Shown piece by piece: positions 62,667 through 64,000 of a stretch of 64,000 nucleotides of DNA. Position 1 is the first letter of the stretch. Each line of letters starts with the position of its first letter. This stretch comes from a virus: the IMG/VR virus record IMGVR_UViG_3300031857_000091, positions 19,431 to 83,430 of that record. One strand, 5' to 3'. Made by a program: the position numbers and the translations under genes. The notes under the pieces were generated by a model, which was given only the letters and a program-made list of their open reading frames with translations, did no database searches and was not told where the DNA came from.

Positions 62667-63563
62667 ATGACATTTTCAATAATCCGGCAAAAGATTGATC
62701 AAAAGAAATTTGAGAGTTTTGTATTAACAGTCACTCCAGACTTAGCTCAATATATATTGACTCATCACAATATCTCCAATAACAGAAAGATTTCATTAAA
62801 TAAAGCAAGGCTTTATGCTGACTGCATGAATCAAGGGGTTTGGATGATTGGAGATTCATTAAAGTTTGATATAGAGGGGATGCTGTGTGATGGGCAACAT
62901 CGCCTAAAAGCTGTTACCATTTACGGTGCTTCTGTTGATTTTTTGGTTACGGTTGGGTATGAACCCAGATCTGCGCAGGTTTTGGATAGAGGAAAAGCGA
63001 GAAGCTTACCAGATGTTGCAGCTTTAAGGGGAGACGACTGGATAAAGCCAATACATTTAAGTACCTTTAATTCAATGTTTTATACAGGGAAATGTGATTC
63101 TCGCAAGTCCAGTCTTTTATCGGATGATTACAGAATTCAGTGTTTGAATGACTTAAAAGAAGGGATTCTATTTGCCAGTCAAAAACTTGGAGGGACAAGA
63201 GCAATTCGTTGCTCAGCTTTTCGTGGGGTTATAGCAAGAGCTTATTATGCAGACAAGTTTATAGAAAGAGGGTTATTGTTGAATTTTCTTCTTTTCTTCT
63301 ATGGCTATGATCCAAAAGAAAGTCCTGAATTGTTTGACCAGGATTTTTTGACGTACTCTTCTGCAATTATTATTCGATTAAGAGAATTTTATTTGGCAAA
63401 TAATTGGAGCAGATATGGAACACTAGAAGGGCGAGGGCAACTTGAAACAAAAGCTTTTCTTGTTCAAAATGTTTTAAAAAATTATCTTGAACAGACAAAT
63501 GTCAGACAATTGAGGTTATCAGAAGAGATTCTATTCCCCTCTAAACTGATCGATTCTATCTAG
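62667..63563 (+). CDS. ParB/Srx-like N-terminal domain protein
   Basis: VTPDLAQYIL..NNRKIS..YA..M..G.W..LCDGQHRLKAV..DRGKARS. Confidence 0.7.
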   Translation: MTFSIIRQKIDQKKFESFVLTVTPDLAQYILTHHNISNNRKISLNKARLYADCMNQGVWMIGDSLKFDIEGMLCDGQHRLKAVTIYGASVDFLVTVGYEPRSAQVLDRGKARSLPDVAALRGDDWIKPIHLSTFNSMFYTGKCDSRKSSLLSDDYRIQCLNDLKEGILFASQKLGGTRAIRCSAFRGVIARAYYADKFIERGLLLNFLLFFYGYDPKESPELFDQDFLTYSSAIIIRLREFYLANNWSRYGTLEGRGQLETKAFLVQNVLKNYLEQTNVRQLRLSEEILFPSKLIDSI

Positions 63564-63653
63564 GTTGATGTGTCTTACCAAATAACCAAATCTCCAAGCA
63601 AGAAAACTTCTAATCTTGTTTGGAGATTTTTGTGTGATAGTATAAACAAATAA

Positions 63654-63703
63654 ATCACCGCGAACTGAAGTAGTATCGAGCTACTCCGTCGCACTCTGGT
63701 GAT
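63654..63703 (+). ncRNA. Structured 5' leader RNA (type A)
   Basis: One mismatch (in the loop) to 61744-61793. Confidence 0.65.
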
Positions 63704-63733
63704 GACCCCATAACGAACATTGAGGTTAAACAA

Positions 63734-64000
63734 ATGGTATCACATCCACGTGCTGAAATAGCGATTGTTAAAATCGGTCATCTTGAATTCGAGGGCTTGA
63801 TGTTACCCGACGGGACTTTTGGAATAGCAGTCCCTCAGCTTGCTCAAATTTTTCCTTACTTTCAAGACTTCCAAAATCAAGCGTCAAAAATGCTAAAACG
63901 CTTAATGGGAGAAGGTTTTAAGACTACCAAAGTTAAAACCAAATTTAACCGCAACGCAACATTGATGATAGACCTGCAATCTTTTTTAGCCGTAGTTAAA
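63734..64000 (+). CDS. Antirepressor-like protein, paralog of 39740-40390 (runs off window)
   Basis: Hand translation MVSHPRAEIAIVKIGHLEFEGLMLPDGTFGIAVPQ; GAGG RBS. Confidence 0.7.
   Translation, partial: MVSHPRAEIAIVKIGHLEFEGLMLPDGTFGIAVPQLAQIFPYFQDFQNQASKMLKRLMGEGFKTTKVKTKFNRNATLMIDLQSFLAVVK

Larger units (their letters stand above)
1..64000. mobile_element. Cyanobacterial tailed phage / phage-plasmid genome segment (siphovirus-like)
   Basis: Terminase, portal, capsid, tail tube, lysin, helicase and primase genes run through the whole window. There are no host housekeeping operons, and HIP1 is enriched. Confidence 0.9.

Overview
The whole window looks like part of one AT-rich tailed dsDNA phage or phage-plasmid of a cyanobacterium. 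Host evidence: about 24 HIP1 octamers (GCGATCGC), a PEP-CTERM gene and cyanobacterial-type DnaX/NrdB. It encodes head genes (TerL, DUF1073-type portal, DUF2213 protease/scaffold, DUF2184-type capsid), tail genes, a GH19 lysin, a host-like replisome (DnaN, DnaB, DnaG) and nucleotide enzymes (NrdB, ThyX, Dcd, Tmk). The morphogenesis genes are scattered over both strands rather than clustered. Highlights: (1) a type I-B/MYXAN-like cas6-cas8-cas7-cas5 operon with no cas3, cas1, cas2, Tn7 genes or canonical CRISPR array in the window; its cas6/cas8 junction is a 53-bp remnant of an IS200/IS605-type end. (2) Two complete 396-bp non-autonomous copies of that element, inserted at TCAT sites. (3) A recurrent structured 5' leader RNA in front of antirepressor-like genes. 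(4) Five dispersed promoters sharing an 18-bp palindromic operator. (5) Two predicted -1 frameshifts, one a dnaX-like A_AAA_AAG plus hairpin in a putative replication gene. (6) A 380-bp inverted repeat with copies 51 kb apart. (7) Phased repeat arrays upstream of portal and terminase. (8) A tRNA-like gene with non-canonical features. All family assignments come from motif recognition by eye; no searches were run.
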